This document shows, in pieces, positions 18,674 through 28,934 of a stretch of DNA of 57,397 nt (its first letter is position 1; every line of letters begins with the position of its first letter). The notes under the pieces were generated by a model. That model was not told the origin of the DNA. It saw nothing but the letters and a program-made list of their open reading frames with translations, and made no database searches. Source of the stretch: Candidatus Nomurabacteria bacterium (GTDB taxonomy: Bacteria; Patescibacteriota; Minisyncoccia; Phycocordibacterales; UBA5272); contig DOZK01000020.1 of assembly GCA_003518045.1 (NCBI GenBank), positions 19,292 to 76,688 on the forward strand, given 5' to 3'. The position numbers and the translations under genes are program-made.

Positions 18674-19480
18674 ATGGAAAGGAAAACAAATATCATAGCA
18701 ACAATAGGTCCGGCCACTAATAAAAAAGAAATTCTTTTACAGATATTACCTTTGATTGATATGGTTAGGCTTAATTTTTCTTGGGGGACACATGAAGAAA
18801 TGTCAGAAATAATTTCTTTAGTGAGAGAAGTAAGTGAGAAGATTGGTAAAAAAATTCTTATCATACAAGATTTATCAGGGCCCCGTACTCAAGAAAAAGA
18901 TGGGCATCATTTTACAGATGGTGCTACAGAAGTCCTTACAGAAAAAGATTTAAATGATTTGGTTTTTGGAGTTTCAAAAAATGTGGATTATGTCGCAATG
19001 TCTTATGTTGGGAAAGTAGATGACATAAAAGACTTACGTAATCATATGACAATTTTGGGCGCAAATATTCCAGTAATTGCAAAAATAGAAAGAAAAATCG
19101 CTGTGGAAAATATTGAGACAATTATTGATGAGTCAGATGCAATAATGATTGCAAGAGGGGATTTAGGATTAGCATTTCCGATAGAAGAAATTCCATTCCT
19201 TGAAAGAAGAATACTTTCAGCCTGTAATAAGAAAAATAAATATGTAATAGTTGCAACTGAGATGTTGCTTTCTATGGTAAAAAAAGATAGACCAACAAGA
19301 GCAGAAGTTACAGATGTTGCTTTCGCCGTTACAGGTGGAGCAAGTGCGGTGATGTTATCTGAAGAAACAACAGAAGGGGATTATCCAGTTGAAACCGTGA
19401 AGATATTGGATAGAATAATTAGAAACGCAGAGGCCCATAAGGTTTTATTTTGGCTAGAGAGCAGTGAAGTAGAAAAGTAA
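18674..19480 (+). CDS. pyk: minimal pyruvate kinase (A-domain barrel only)
   Basis: 268 aa. KTNIIATIGPA, RLNFSWG, DLSGPR, LTEKDL.DL.FGV...VDYVAMSYV, IAKIE, MIARGDLG, ATEMLLSM, PTRAEVTDVA and MLSEETTEG are all present. The B-lid and C-terminal domains are absent. Confidence 0.7.
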   Translation: MERKTNIIATIGPATNKKEILLQILPLIDMVRLNFSWGTHEEMSEIISLVREVSEKIGKKILIIQDLSGPRTQEKDGHHFTDGATEVLTEKDLNDLVFGVSKNVDYVAMSYVGKVDDIKDLRNHMTILGANIPVIAKIERKIAVENIETIIDESDAIMIARGDLGLAFPIEEIPFLERRILSACNKKNKYVIVATEMLLSMVKKDRPTRAEVTDVAFAVTGGASAVMLSEETTEGDYPVETVKILDRIIRNAEAHKVLFWLESSEVEK

Positions 19481-19613
19481 CCTTTTATACTTCATGCGAG
19501 CGACGACAAAAAAAGTTTCGCTAAATGTAGTAAGCTATAGTTATTATGAACGAAGTGAATTTTTAATAGTGTTCTACATGTTCGCACTGAGAAAACTTTA
19601 TAATAATAAAAAT

Positions 19614-20585
19614 ATGACAAAATTAATTTACATTACACGAGCTATACCGGAAGTTGGTATTCAAATTATGAAAGATAATGGTTATATAGTTGATATTGGC
19701 TCTACAGATGACGCCCCATCAAAAGATGAATTGATAAAAACATTATCACAAAAACCATATGATGCTCTTGTTTCATTTTTGACTGACAGTATTGATAAAG
19801 AAATTTTTGACGCGTGTCCAACTATAAAAATAGTTGCGCAATATGCGGTTGGTTTTAATAATATTAATTTAGAAGATGCAAAAGAAAGAAATATTGTTAT
19901 AACAAATACTCCTGGATGTTCATCACGTGCTGTTGCTGAACACGCAGTTGCCCTCATGCTTTCATTAACAACAAGAGCAACTGAAGGAGACGAATATATT
20001 AGATCTGGGAAATTTACTGGATGGATGCCGGGATTATTAAATGGAGTTGATTTAACAGGAAAGACAATTGGTATTTTAGGTGGGGGTGCAATTGGGCAAG
20101 AGGTTGCATCTATTTTACATTTTGGATTTAATTGTCCGATTATTTATTCTGACGTTAAAGAAAATATTTTTTTGAAAGAAAAAATCGGTGCTACTTTTAT
20201 GGATAAAGAAAGTTTATTAAAACAAAGCGATATAGTTACACTGCATGTTCCGCTATTGCCTACCACTAAGCATTTAATAAATAAAGACACTTTTAGCTTA
20301 ATGAAAAAAGAAGCGTTTTTAATTAACACTTCACGCGGGCCTGTAATTGATGAAGTTGCCTTAGTCGAAGCTCTAAAAAATGGAGTTATAAAAGGTGCAG
20401 GGTTAGACGTTTTTGAATTTGAGCCAGCAATTACAGCCGGTTTGGAAGATATTCCGGACGTCGTTCTTACTCCGCATATTGCCTCATCACGTGCCAGCGT
20501 CCGAGCTGAAATGGCAAAAATAGTCGGACAAAATGTAGTTAATTTTTTCGAAAAGGGCGTAGCTTTGAATGAAGCTAGTTGTTAA
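19614..20585 (+). CDS. D-2-hydroxyacid dehydrogenase (glycerate dehydrogenase / hydroxypyruvate reductase type)
   Basis: NAD motif GILGGGAIGQEVA, then LINTSRGPVIDE, GAGLDVFE.EP and TPHIAS. Start moved to the ATG at 19614 (MTKLIYITR), because the 40-aa upstream extension of the ORF track is low complexity. Confidence 0.8.
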   Translation: MTKLIYITRAIPEVGIQIMKDNGYIVDIGSTDDAPSKDELIKTLSQKPYDALVSFLTDSIDKEIFDACPTIKIVAQYAVGFNNINLEDAKERNIVITNTPGCSSRAVAEHAVALMLSLTTRATEGDEYIRSGKFTGWMPGLLNGVDLTGKTIGILGGGAIGQEVASILHFGFNCPIIYSDVKENIFLKEKIGATFMDKESLLKQSDIVTLHVPLLPTTKHLINKDTFSLMKKEAFLINTSRGPVIDEVALVEALKNGVIKGAGLDVFEFEPAITAGLEDIPDVVLTPHIASSRASVRAEMAKIVGQNVVNFFEKGVALNEASC

Positions 20586-20630
20586 ATCCCTTCTAGGGTT
20601 ATATTCCTCGTCAGCTTGCTCTAGTATCAG

Positions 20631-20728
20631 TGTCATCCTAGGCTTGACCTAGAATCCAGTGTCCACTGGATTCCAAATCCTCGCCTTCGTGATTACACTA
20701 TGGCGTGGCAAGCAAGTTTGGAAAGACA
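20631..20728. repeat. TGTCA multi-hairpin repeat (copy 2, third hairpin expanded/degenerate)
   Basis: TGTCA-[TCCTAGG cttga CCTAGAA]-[TCCAGTG tc CACTGGA]-[TTCCAAA ...39 nt... TTTGGAA]-AGACA. Confidence 0.7.
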
Positions 20729-20808
20729 TACGATACCCCGCCCTCGAGCTTTGAGGTAGTTCATTAGCCATTAATTGTAAAAACTGCTATAATATAAAAA
20801 TATTAAAC

Positions 20809-22491
20809 ATGAAGCGCCACAAATATATCTTTGTTGTTGGGGGCGTTATGTCAGGGGTAGGTAAAGGAATTACCACCTCATCTATTGGGACCATTTTTCA
20901 AGCCAAGGGTTACAGTGTAAATATAATAAAAGCAGATCCATATTTGAATGTGGATGCTGGAACAATGAACCCAACAGAACACGGAGAAGTTTTCGTTTTA
21001 AATTGTGGACTAGAAACAGACCAAGACATGGGGAATTATGAGCGCTTCCTAAATCGTGATGCGAGCGAACTTGATTATATGACTTCCGGTATGGTTTATA
21101 GTTCTGTTATTAAACGCGAGCGAGAGCTTGGCTATAAAGGTAAATGTGTTGAGGCTGTTCCACATATTCGTGAAGAAATAACTTCACGCATAATTGCTAG
21201 TGCTAAGAAAAGTAAATCTGATATTTCTATAATCGAAATTGGTGGAACAATAGGGGACTATCAAAACATAATGTTTATAGAAGCGGCACGTGTTTTAAAA
21301 TTAGAAAACCCAGAAGATGTAGCTGTGATTATGGTTTCCTTCCTTCCAATTCCAGGAACTCTTGGAGAAATGAAATCCAAGCCAACACAAAATGCTGTGA
21401 GACAGCTTAACTCTTATGGATTAAATGCGGACTTTATTATTGCTCGTAGTGAATTTCCATTAGACGACAGAAGGAAAGAAAAAATTGCAATTTCTTGTAA
21501 TGTGCCAGCTATGCGTATTATTTCTGCGCCAGATATAGAAAGTATTTATGATGTTCCAGAAAATTTTGAAAAAGATAAATTAAGTGAAATGTTGGAAAAG
21601 ATGATGCATATGAAATCTCGTAAAATGGATTTGTCAGCGTGGTCTTCTTTTGTGAAGAAAGTTAAAAATACAAAAAAGGAAGTTACTATAGCAATTGTTG
21701 GAAAATATTTTGATACTGGAGACTTCGTTTTATCAGACGCTTATGTTTCTGTTATCGAAGCAATAAAGTTTTCAGCTTTCACGCAAGGTGCAAAACCAAA
21801 AATTATTTGGATGAATTCAAAACATTTTGAAGGTGATATTAAAAAAGCTGAAAGTCTATGTAAAGAACAATTTGCAAATGTTGATGGAATTATAGTGCCA
21901 GGAGGTTTCGGTGAAACTGGAGTAGAAGGAAAAATGCGCGTTATAAAATATGCTCGTGAAAATAAAATACCATATTTTGGACTTTGTTACGGTATGCAAT
22001 TAATGGTTGTAGAATATGCGAGAAATATGGCAGGATTAACTGACGCCCACACGACAGAAATAAATAAAGACACAAAATATCCAGTGATTGATATTATGGA
22101 ATCTCAGAAGAAGCACATGAAAGATGGGAATTACGGAGGGTCAATGAGATTGGGCGCTTATCCTTGTGAATTAAAATCAGGAAGTATTGCAAGAAAAGCA
22201 TATGAAAATGCTGGGAAGGGAAAAATTTCAGGTGATAAATATACAATTAGTGAGCGTCATCGTCATAGATTTGAAGTTAATAATCAGTATATTGAAGATT
22301 TAAAAAAGGCAGGACTTATTTTCTCGGGGACGTCCCCCGATGGTAGTCTTATGGAAATAGCTGAGCTTCCAAAATCCGTTCACCCATTTTTCCTAGGTAC
22401 ACAATTCCACCCAGAATTATTAGCTCGCCCACTTGATCCACATCCTCTATTTACAGATTTTATAAAAGCCGCACTTTCGGTTAAGAAATAA
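20809..22491 (+). CDS. pyrG: CTP synthase
   Basis: FVVGGVMSGVGKGITTSS, glutaminase motif GLCYGMQ, and RHRHRFEVN...GTQFHPE. Confidence 0.95.
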   Translation: MKRHKYIFVVGGVMSGVGKGITTSSIGTIFQAKGYSVNIIKADPYLNVDAGTMNPTEHGEVFVLNCGLETDQDMGNYERFLNRDASELDYMTSGMVYSSVIKRERELGYKGKCVEAVPHIREEITSRIIASAKKSKSDISIIEIGGTIGDYQNIMFIEAARVLKLENPEDVAVIMVSFLPIPGTLGEMKSKPTQNAVRQLNSYGLNADFIIARSEFPLDDRRKEKIAISCNVPAMRIISAPDIESIYDVPENFEKDKLSEMLEKMMHMKSRKMDLSAWSSFVKKVKNTKKEVTIAIVGKYFDTGDFVLSDAYVSVIEAIKFSAFTQGAKPKIIWMNSKHFEGDIKKAESLCKEQFANVDGIIVPGGFGETGVEGKMRVIKYARENKIPYFGLCYGMQLMVVEYARNMAGLTDAHTTEINKDTKYPVIDIMESQKKHMKDGNYGGSMRLGAYPCELKSGSIARKAYENAGKGKISGDKYTISERHRHRFEVNNQYIEDLKKAGLIFSGTSPDGSLMEIAELPKSVHPFFLGTQFHPELLARPLDPHPLFTDFIKAALSVKK

Positions 22492-22497
22492 AATAAA

Positions 22498-23724
22498 ATG
22501 GTATTCTCAAAACTAAAATCTATTTTTAGTAATAAAGAAATTCCTTACGGAATACGTTTGATTACAAAGGTAACAAGTATTAGATGGTTTGGTTGGGGTT
22601 TTGCTGAAACCTTAATCCCAGTTTTACTTTTTTCATATGGAAATAGTTTTGCTGAGGCGGGACTTTTAAATGCAGCAGTTGATATTACTTTTATTTTGTC
22701 TCTTCCAATTATTGGAATGTTTGCAGATAAAGTAAGGGCAACAACTTTAATTTTGATTGGAGCTTTTCTTTATATATTTGTCGGGCTAGGATATTTCCTT
22801 ACGGGAGTTACTGGTATGGTAATATTTTTGGTCTTAGCAAGATTGATAAATGGAGTTAGCTGGGGGTTGGATGTTGTTGGACGAGATACATATTTTAGAA
22901 GACATGTAGATAAAAGTAAAATAGCAACTGCTTTTGGATATTTTGATACAGTTGCTAATTTTTGGTGGGTCGTGTCTGCAATTATTGGAATATTTCTTGT
23001 TAAATATTTTTCTATTACAAATTTACTTTTTCTAATTACACCATTTGCGGTTATCAGCCTTTTAGTGGTTTCAAAGTTTAGAAAGAAGGAAGAAAAAATT
23101 CACCCAGTTGCGACTCAAAAATTTTCGATTAATTTCTTAAAAGAAATTAAAGATTGGAGTTTGATGTTAAAAAGTATTGTCGGATTTAATTTCTTAATTT
23201 CTTTTACAGGAGCGGTGGTTATATTTTTCTTACCAATTGAAGTTTATCGAGATGGTGGAAGTTTAACTTTAGTAATACTTATGGGTATAGCTTATATATT
23301 ACCGACACTCACCGGATGGAGTTTGGGAAAATTATTTGATACTAAAGGTTATAAAACACTCGGAACAAGTTTAATTATTTTTGCATTATTACTTCTATCA
23401 CTTTCGTTTTTAACGAGTTTCTCTTGGAGGATAGCCATAATGTTTATTATAAGCATAATACTTGAACTTATTTCTGTAGGTAGTAATGAGCTGATTACAG
23501 CCACCGCAACACCAGAACATTTTGGTAGGGTGGAGGGTGTTATGAAAAGTATTACAACTATTGGTGCTATGATGGGACCTCTAATCGTTGGAATTTTAAT
23601 TGATATGACCAGTGCAAGTAGTGCATATATTTCTCTAGCTGTTATTATTTTTTCTCTAGCGATTATTTTTAAGGTATTAGATAGACAAGGATTTATAGAG
23701 AAATACGTTTTTATAGAAAGATAA
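22498..23724 (+). CDS. MFS-type transporter
   Basis: 408 aa. About 11-12 hydrophobic segments and an MFS-like loop motif (GMFADKVRA). Confidence 0.65.
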   Translation: MVFSKLKSIFSNKEIPYGIRLITKVTSIRWFGWGFAETLIPVLLFSYGNSFAEAGLLNAAVDITFILSLPIIGMFADKVRATTLILIGAFLYIFVGLGYFLTGVTGMVIFLVLARLINGVSWGLDVVGRDTYFRRHVDKSKIATAFGYFDTVANFWWVVSAIIGIFLVKYFSITNLLFLITPFAVISLLVVSKFRKKEEKIHPVATQKFSINFLKEIKDWSLMLKSIVGFNFLISFTGAVVIFFLPIEVYRDGGSLTLVILMGIAYILPTLTGWSLGKLFDTKGYKTLGTSLIIFALLLLSLSFLTSFSWRIAIMFIISIILELISVGSNELITATATPEHFGRVEGVMKSITTIGAMMGPLIVGILIDMTSASSAYISLAVIIFSLAIIFKVLDRQGFIEKYVFIER

Positions 23725-23750
23725 TAATATTTGCGTGATACAATATAAAT

Positions 23751-24152
23751 ATGAAGAATGATCTTAATTTACCCCATGTTCATACTCAAGACCAGCCAAA
23801 ACTTGTAAAAGAAGGAGTGTTTATTATTGATAAAGAAGTTTGGAGTACGCAAAAAAGAATTGCTAGAATTTATGGACGAAGTGTTCCAACTATAAATGAC
23901 CATTTGAAAAAAATGTATAGAGAGAAAGAATTAACGAAGGCATTAACGGAAAGAGCTTTAATGGTTACACAAAAAGAAGGTAAAAAAGAAGTGGCACGTA
24001 AAACTTATGTTTATAATACCGATGTTGTAATTGCTATAGGCTTTCGCGTGAAAGGGGAATGGGGAAAAGAATTTCGCATCTGGGCCAGAGAAGTCGTAAG
24101 AGAAAGTTATGACCCGTTGGAACAAATTAAACATTTAGTGGTTAGGAGGTAA
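23751..24152 (+). CDS. RhuM-family protein, N-terminal portion only
   Basis: VWSTQKRIARIYGRSVPTINDHLKKMY.EKEL...YNTDVVIAIGFRV....G.EFRIWAREV matches the RhuM signature. At 133 aa it is much shorter than typical family members. Confidence 0.55.
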   Translation: MKNDLNLPHVHTQDQPKLVKEGVFIIDKEVWSTQKRIARIYGRSVPTINDHLKKMYREKELTKALTERALMVTQKEGKKEVARKTYVYNTDVVIAIGFRVKGEWGKEFRIWAREVVRESYDPLEQIKHLVVRR

Positions 24153-24242
24153 TTTTAGTAGGTAGTAAATAGTGGGTAGTAGGTAGTTGGATACACACAG
24201 GAGATAAAATATTCAATGAAACAATTTTGTTATTCAAAAATA

Positions 24243-24277
24243 CAGACACTGGATTCCAAATTAAATTTGGAATGACA
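24243..24277. repeat. partial TGTCA-family repeat (one and a half hairpins)
   Basis: cagaCACTGGA-[TTCCAAA ttaa ATTTGGAA]-TGACA. Confidence 0.6.
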
Positions 24278-24317
24278 TGAATACGAATTTGTATTACTAC
24301 GCACTACGCACTACTTA

Positions 24318-25898
24318 CTAACAACTTGCATCTGGCGGTAATATCCTTTGCTTAATATAAGAAACATCAACCCCTATTTTTTTATTAGTATTTAAAATAT
24401 TATTTGGGTCCCAAATATTTTTTACTTTAGAAAATATTTCAATTATTTTTGGAGAATAAAATAATGGCAAAAAGGCTGTACCAATTAGTCCGTCTCCACT
24501 GCCCGCGCTACCACTACCTTTATATTTTTTTGCTATAGAAAAACAAGCTTCAGTCGCATTTATAACTTTGTCAGCAAAAGTATTTATATCATTCGGGATA
24601 AATGTAATAACAGAAATATGCCCGCTACCTACATTTCCAGTGGTATTAAAAATTAAATGATTTTCATTATGATATTTTTCTATAGCAAGTAAAGTCTCAG
24701 GTAAATTTTCTATTGGAACAATTATTCCATCGCCTGTAATACAAGGGATTACAGTTTGGCCACTATAGCTTTCTAATAATTTTTTTACATGAGAAGGTTC
24801 AGTAAAATTATGAAGATAATTATCTCCACGCATACAAGTAATACTCTCGGAAGGTAAATTTAATTCCTTCACCAACCTTAATTGTTTTTCATGTAAAGCT
24901 TTTTCATCATTTCCTGATTGTGTAGCGACAAGCGTTAAAACATGTGGAGTAGAAGATGAATATATTTCTTTATCCTGCCCACCAAAAGTACTTGAAAGAT
25001 TTTCGAGTAAGACATCATACATAAAAAGATTATCTACCCCGTTTACTTTACAGGCCAAAATACAATCAGGAAGATTTTGATATTCTGGTATTCTTATCCG
25101 TATTGTTTTTTTAAATAGTGGTCTAGGGATAGTTCTTAATTTAATACTTGTGATTATTGCAAGAGTTCCTTGAGAGCCAATTATATTATTTATTAATTGT
25201 CTTGGCCCGATGCTTTGCCCCCAAATGTTAAACCCTGAATTATCTTCAGAACATGTTGGCTTTCCTCCACGAATAATATGTGTCTCCGTTGATAAAAGCG
25301 GGAAAAGAGATTGATAAATAGAAAGTAATTTTCCGCTCGGCGTTATTCCATCTTCGATTATATGTTGCTCCCCGTTGGAAAGAACAATAGATAATCCAAT
25401 CACCCAAGAATTAATGCCACCATGTTCAAACGAAGAGGGACTAACATTTTTTGTAGCAACAACACCACCTATTGTATCGTTATCATTTTGTTCTGTTAAA
25501 AAAGGTATCTCTAAATTCCAACCAGATAAATGTTCCCTTATTTTTTTGCAACTAACACCAGGGTCAACATTTATAATATTACCAAGCATGTCGACATGTT
25601 TTATGCGGTTAAAATATTTTGTCATATCAATTACAATGCCTTCAACTAAAGAAGCTCCGCTAGCATTGTTCCCATTACCTTTTACAGCAACTGGTATTTT
25701 ATATTCATCAGCACAAGCAATTATTTTTTTAATATCCTCTACTGTTTTTGGATAGGTAATTATATGTGGGAGTATTTTGCATGAAGAAAAATCTCGACTA
25801 TTTTTTTCTAAAGCATGATAGGAAGTATCTATTTCTCCACCTAATGTTCTTGCTAAATCTGTATAAAGTGTGGGGACTCGTGAGTTTTTAAAGTCCAT
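24318..25898 (-). CDS. FAD-linked oxidase (FAD_binding_4 / GlcD-like)
   Basis: 526 aa. N-terminal PCMH-type FAD-binding region (PHIITYPKTVEDIKKII..A....IPVAVKGNGNN..G) and a C-terminal oxidase domain. Confidence 0.7.
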   Translation of the reverse strand: MDFKNSRVPTLYTDLARTLGGEIDTSYHALEKNSRDFSSCKILPHIITYPKTVEDIKKIIACADEYKIPVAVKGNGNNASGASLVEGIVIDMTKYFNRIKHVDMLGNIINVDPGVSCKKIREHLSGWNLEIPFLTEQNDNDTIGGVVATKNVSPSSFEHGGINSWVIGLSIVLSNGEQHIIEDGITPSGKLLSIYQSLFPLLSTETHIIRGGKPTCSEDNSGFNIWGQSIGPRQLINNIIGSQGTLAIITSIKLRTIPRPLFKKTIRIRIPEYQNLPDCILACKVNGVDNLFMYDVLLENLSSTFGGQDKEIYSSSTPHVLTLVATQSGNDEKALHEKQLRLVKELNLPSESITCMRGDNYLHNFTEPSHVKKLLESYSGQTVIPCITGDGIIVPIENLPETLLAIEKYHNENHLIFNTTGNVGSGHISVITFIPNDINTFADKVINATEACFSIAKKYKGSGSAGSGDGLIGTAFLPLFYSPKIIEIFSKVKNIWDPNNILNTNKKIGVDVSYIKQRILPPDASC

Positions 25899-26100
25899 GT
25901 TCGTAAAGGCTCTTGCCGTTTAAATATAATAGATAGGCGAGTATTAACAGTATAAGAATAATAGTTGAAATAAGTGCTATTCTTCGTAATTTTGAATAAG
26001 CATTATTTTCAGGAAAAGTTTCAGGTAAAGATGGGACCGCTTCTTCATTTACCACTCCACTATTTATTTCTGTGTTTTGATTATAGGAAGTATCTATCAT
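25888..26100 (-). CDS. small single-TM protein (hypothetical)
   Basis: 70 aa with a C-terminal hydrophobic helix. Its 3' end overlaps the start of the oxidase gene. Confidence 0.3.
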   Translation of the reverse strand: MIDTSYNQNTEINSGVVNEEAVPSLPETFPENNAYSKLRRIALISTIILILLILAYLLYLNGKSLYEHGL

Positions 26101-26215
26101 ATTTTTAGTATAACGTGTTTTTGCGCAATTTGTTTGTCAACACTGTCCACACCTAGCAATTGGTAAAAAGTTATATAATAAGAGTATTAATTATTAATAG
26201 TCCCACTTATTTTTT

Positions 26216-28258
26216 ATGAAATCCCTCGCATCTTTTTTCTCAAAAGTTTATAAATATGTAACAGCTTTTATAGTTGTTGGTTCACCTTTATTTTTTATAC
26301 CAAAGACTAGTTTTTTACCAGAAATTACATATCAAATTACTATGACAATAGCGATAAGTATAGCGATTATCTCATATGTTATTTCGGCGCTCATCACTAG
26401 GACATGGCATACAATTTCTAAGCTTGAATTTCTAGCCTATGTACTATTTTCTTTGTCCGTAGTTGGGTCTGTTATTTTTGCACGCAACCCAGTGTCTTCT
26501 CTGTTTGGAGAATCACTCAATGCTTATAGTGCCGTAGCACTTCTATCTTTGGTTGCTGTTATGTATTTAGTGCGAACTCTGCCAGAACAATTTCGTCATA
26601 AGTTAAAGATGATTTTAGTCGGGGTATTAGGAATTTCATCAATAGTATTTATTTGTTTGATGATATTTATTGGTCAAATTATGGAGGTTCTAGCAAAACT
26701 TTTTAGTGGCTTCACTTCTCCAACAGCATTGGCCTCATATATTGGAATTTTTGTGGTAACAATGTTTTTCTATGTTAAAAAATCTAGACTCTCTACAGCT
26801 TACAAAATTGCTTTAGCATTTTCAGCTGTTGTTATTTTAGCTTGGATTGTTGCTCTTTCTGCAAGTGATGCCAATCGTCCAAATTTTACAGATTCGTTAA
26901 TAGTTGGAAAAGAAGTTCTCGTTAATGATGGAGTATTCGGAATTGGTGCTAATGGTTATTCTCGTGCATGGCAATTGTATCGCCCACAAAGTGTTATAGC
27001 TTCACCATCTTTTGGTTCAGATTTTGAACAGGGACTTGGAACAACAACTACGCTTTTCACAACAGTTGGTATTTTTGGAGTAATAGCATTTATTCTTCTC
27101 GGGCTTTCTGCACTTTATAGTACATACAGAAGTTATCGTGAAGAAACAGAGACAGAAGAAAAAGTCATACTAGGCATTCTTCTCCTAATTCTTACTTACT
27201 TTACTTTAATTTCTTGGGTAATACCGCTATCTTACGCAATGCTTGTTACTTGGATGGTTGTGGCAGGATTAGGTCTTGCAAAAGCAAAACTCACAGCCTT
27301 TCATCCTAATAAAGCAGTCGCATTTATTCTTGTTCCGCTAGCTGTTGTATTGGTTTTGTATTCTTATATGAGTATAAATAAAATAAGAGCTTTCACGTAC
27401 TTCAACAAAGCTCAAGCGGCAGTATCAGCAAGTGATAAAACAGTTAATGTAAATAATTTAATTGCACAAGCTACGCGTATATATCCATATGACGGATTTT
27501 ATAGATGGGAAATAGAATATATTATCAGTCAAGAAAGAGTTTTGGTTTCTCAAGAAGTAAAAGACCAGGAAGCCATGAAGACAGCATATTTAGAAAATTC
27601 TCAAAAAGCAGTTGATGCTGGAAAAATGGCGATAACAATTAATCCAGATAATTATCAAAATTATGTTTCATTAGGACGTGCTTACGAATTAGCTATTGTT
27701 TTCGATAAGGAAGCTGCTTACAGTAATGCAAATAAATCATATAAGGAAGCGATTAAACTTTATCCGGAGAATCCTTACCTTTATGTGCTTTTGGCTCGCC
27801 TTGAGGCATCAGCTGGCACCAAGGAGGGGGTTAGACTTCAGCTAACAGAAGCTCTAAAGAAAAAAGAGAATTTTGCTGACGCTCTCTATTTAATGAGTCA
27901 GCTTGAAGCTTCAGAAAGTAAAATAGAGGAAGCTATTAAATATGCATTAGATGCTGTAAAGAATGCTCCTGGGGATCCATTGGTTTATACACAGGTAGGA
28001 CTTCTATATTATGGAAAGAAAGATTATCAAAATGCTTTTAATTATTTAAATGAAGCTCAAAAGAAAGACCCAACTAATGCCAGTGTTGCTTATTTCTTAG
28101 CTTTAACATTAAGAGATGGAGGACAACCAGAGGCCGCAAAACAAATCGGACAAGAATTATTGAAACGTAATCCTGGTAATGCTGACCTTGAGACCTTCCT
28201 TAAATCAATAGATGCATTAGAGGCACAAGCCACTTCCAAAACATCTGCTAAAAAGTAG
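26216..28258 (+). CDS. polytopic membrane protein (O-antigen ligase/polymerase-like) with C-terminal TPR repeats
   Basis: About 10 TM segments in the first ~400 aa, then TPR-like repeats (YVSLGRAYE..., A..SYKEAIKLYPENP, GLLYYGKKDYQNAFNYLNEAQKKDP). Confidence 0.6.
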   Translation: MKSLASFFSKVYKYVTAFIVVGSPLFFIPKTSFLPEITYQITMTIAISIAIISYVISALITRTWHTISKLEFLAYVLFSLSVVGSVIFARNPVSSLFGESLNAYSAVALLSLVAVMYLVRTLPEQFRHKLKMILVGVLGISSIVFICLMIFIGQIMEVLAKLFSGFTSPTALASYIGIFVVTMFFYVKKSRLSTAYKIALAFSAVVILAWIVALSASDANRPNFTDSLIVGKEVLVNDGVFGIGANGYSRAWQLYRPQSVIASPSFGSDFEQGLGTTTTLFTTVGIFGVIAFILLGLSALYSTYRSYREETETEEKVILGILLLILTYFTLISWVIPLSYAMLVTWMVVAGLGLAKAKLTAFHPNKAVAFILVPLAVVLVLYSYMSINKIRAFTYFNKAQAAVSASDKTVNVNNLIAQATRIYPYDGFYRWEIEYIISQERVLVSQEVKDQEAMKTAYLENSQKAVDAGKMAITINPDNYQNYVSLGRAYELAIVFDKEAAYSNANKSYKEAIKLYPENPYLYVLLARLEASAGTKEGVRLQLTEALKKKENFADALYLMSQLEASESKIEEAIKYALDAVKNAPGDPLVYTQVGLLYYGKKDYQNAFNYLNEAQKKDPTNASVAYFLALTLRDGGQPEAAKQIGQELLKRNPGNADLETFLKSIDALEAQATSKTSAKK

Positions 28259-28259
28259 C

Positions 28260-28934
28260 ATGACTATTAATGAGATACAATTAAACGTAGACCAACTAAA
28301 AGAAAGGCATCCAAAATTAAATGAAGAGCTAATGTCTACTTTGCTTTTGGCGGGTGGTTGGGACGAGAGTTCCATTAAAGAAGCTGTGATGCTTTTTAAG
28401 TCAGGACAAATTAATGAGAAATCTAATTTAGCACTTCCGCATCAGGATAACGTTTCTCTTTTAGAATTACCAAAACTTTCTTTACTCGAAGAAAAAAAAG
28501 AAGACAAAGAAATAATAGAAGAAACACAGAAAGAATCTTTAGTTACTTCTCTTGTTGATAATTCGTTGACTAATAAAATAAAAGTAAAAGCAACTCTGCC
28601 GGACGATTTACCTCTGAAACCATTTGAGGCATCTCATAATATTTGGACATTCTCAAGATATAAAGATATATTCCACGGAAATGAAAAAGAAGAAGACATT
28701 GAGGAAAAAGTAGAAGAAAAGAAAGTGCCTGAAAAAGAAATGCCGAAAGTAGAAGTGGCAGAGAAAGAGGAGAAAATTATAATTCCAGAACAGAAAGTAT
28801 CTAAAGTTGAAAAATTATCTTTAGTAAAAGTTCCAATAACAAAAGAAGATGAAAGAATTATTCTAACTATTGGAATGCTTTTACTTATAGTGGTGATACT
28901 TGTTATTTATATGTATTTGAATGGAAGAATCTAA
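28260..28934 (+). CDS. hypothetical protein, Glu/Lys-rich, C-terminal TM anchor
   Basis: 224 aa. The start overlaps the previous stop region. A low-complexity EK-rich middle and a terminal hydrophobic helix. Confidence 0.4.
   Translation: MTINEIQLNVDQLKERHPKLNEELMSTLLLAGGWDESSIKEAVMLFKSGQINEKSNLALPHQDNVSLLELPKLSLLEEKKEDKEIIEETQKESLVTSLVDNSLTNKIKVKATLPDDLPLKPFEASHNIWTFSRYKDIFHGNEKEEDIEEKVEEKKVPEKEMPKVEVAEKEEKIIIPEQKVSKVEKLSLVKVPITKEDERIILTIGMLLLIVVILVIYMYLNGRI

Noticed and set aside
19494-19613. 40-codon upstream extension of the dehydrogenase ORF
   Set aside because: The extension (MRATTKKVSLNVVSYSYYERSEF...) has no homology-like features. The family N-terminus begins at MTKLIYITR (ATG 19614).
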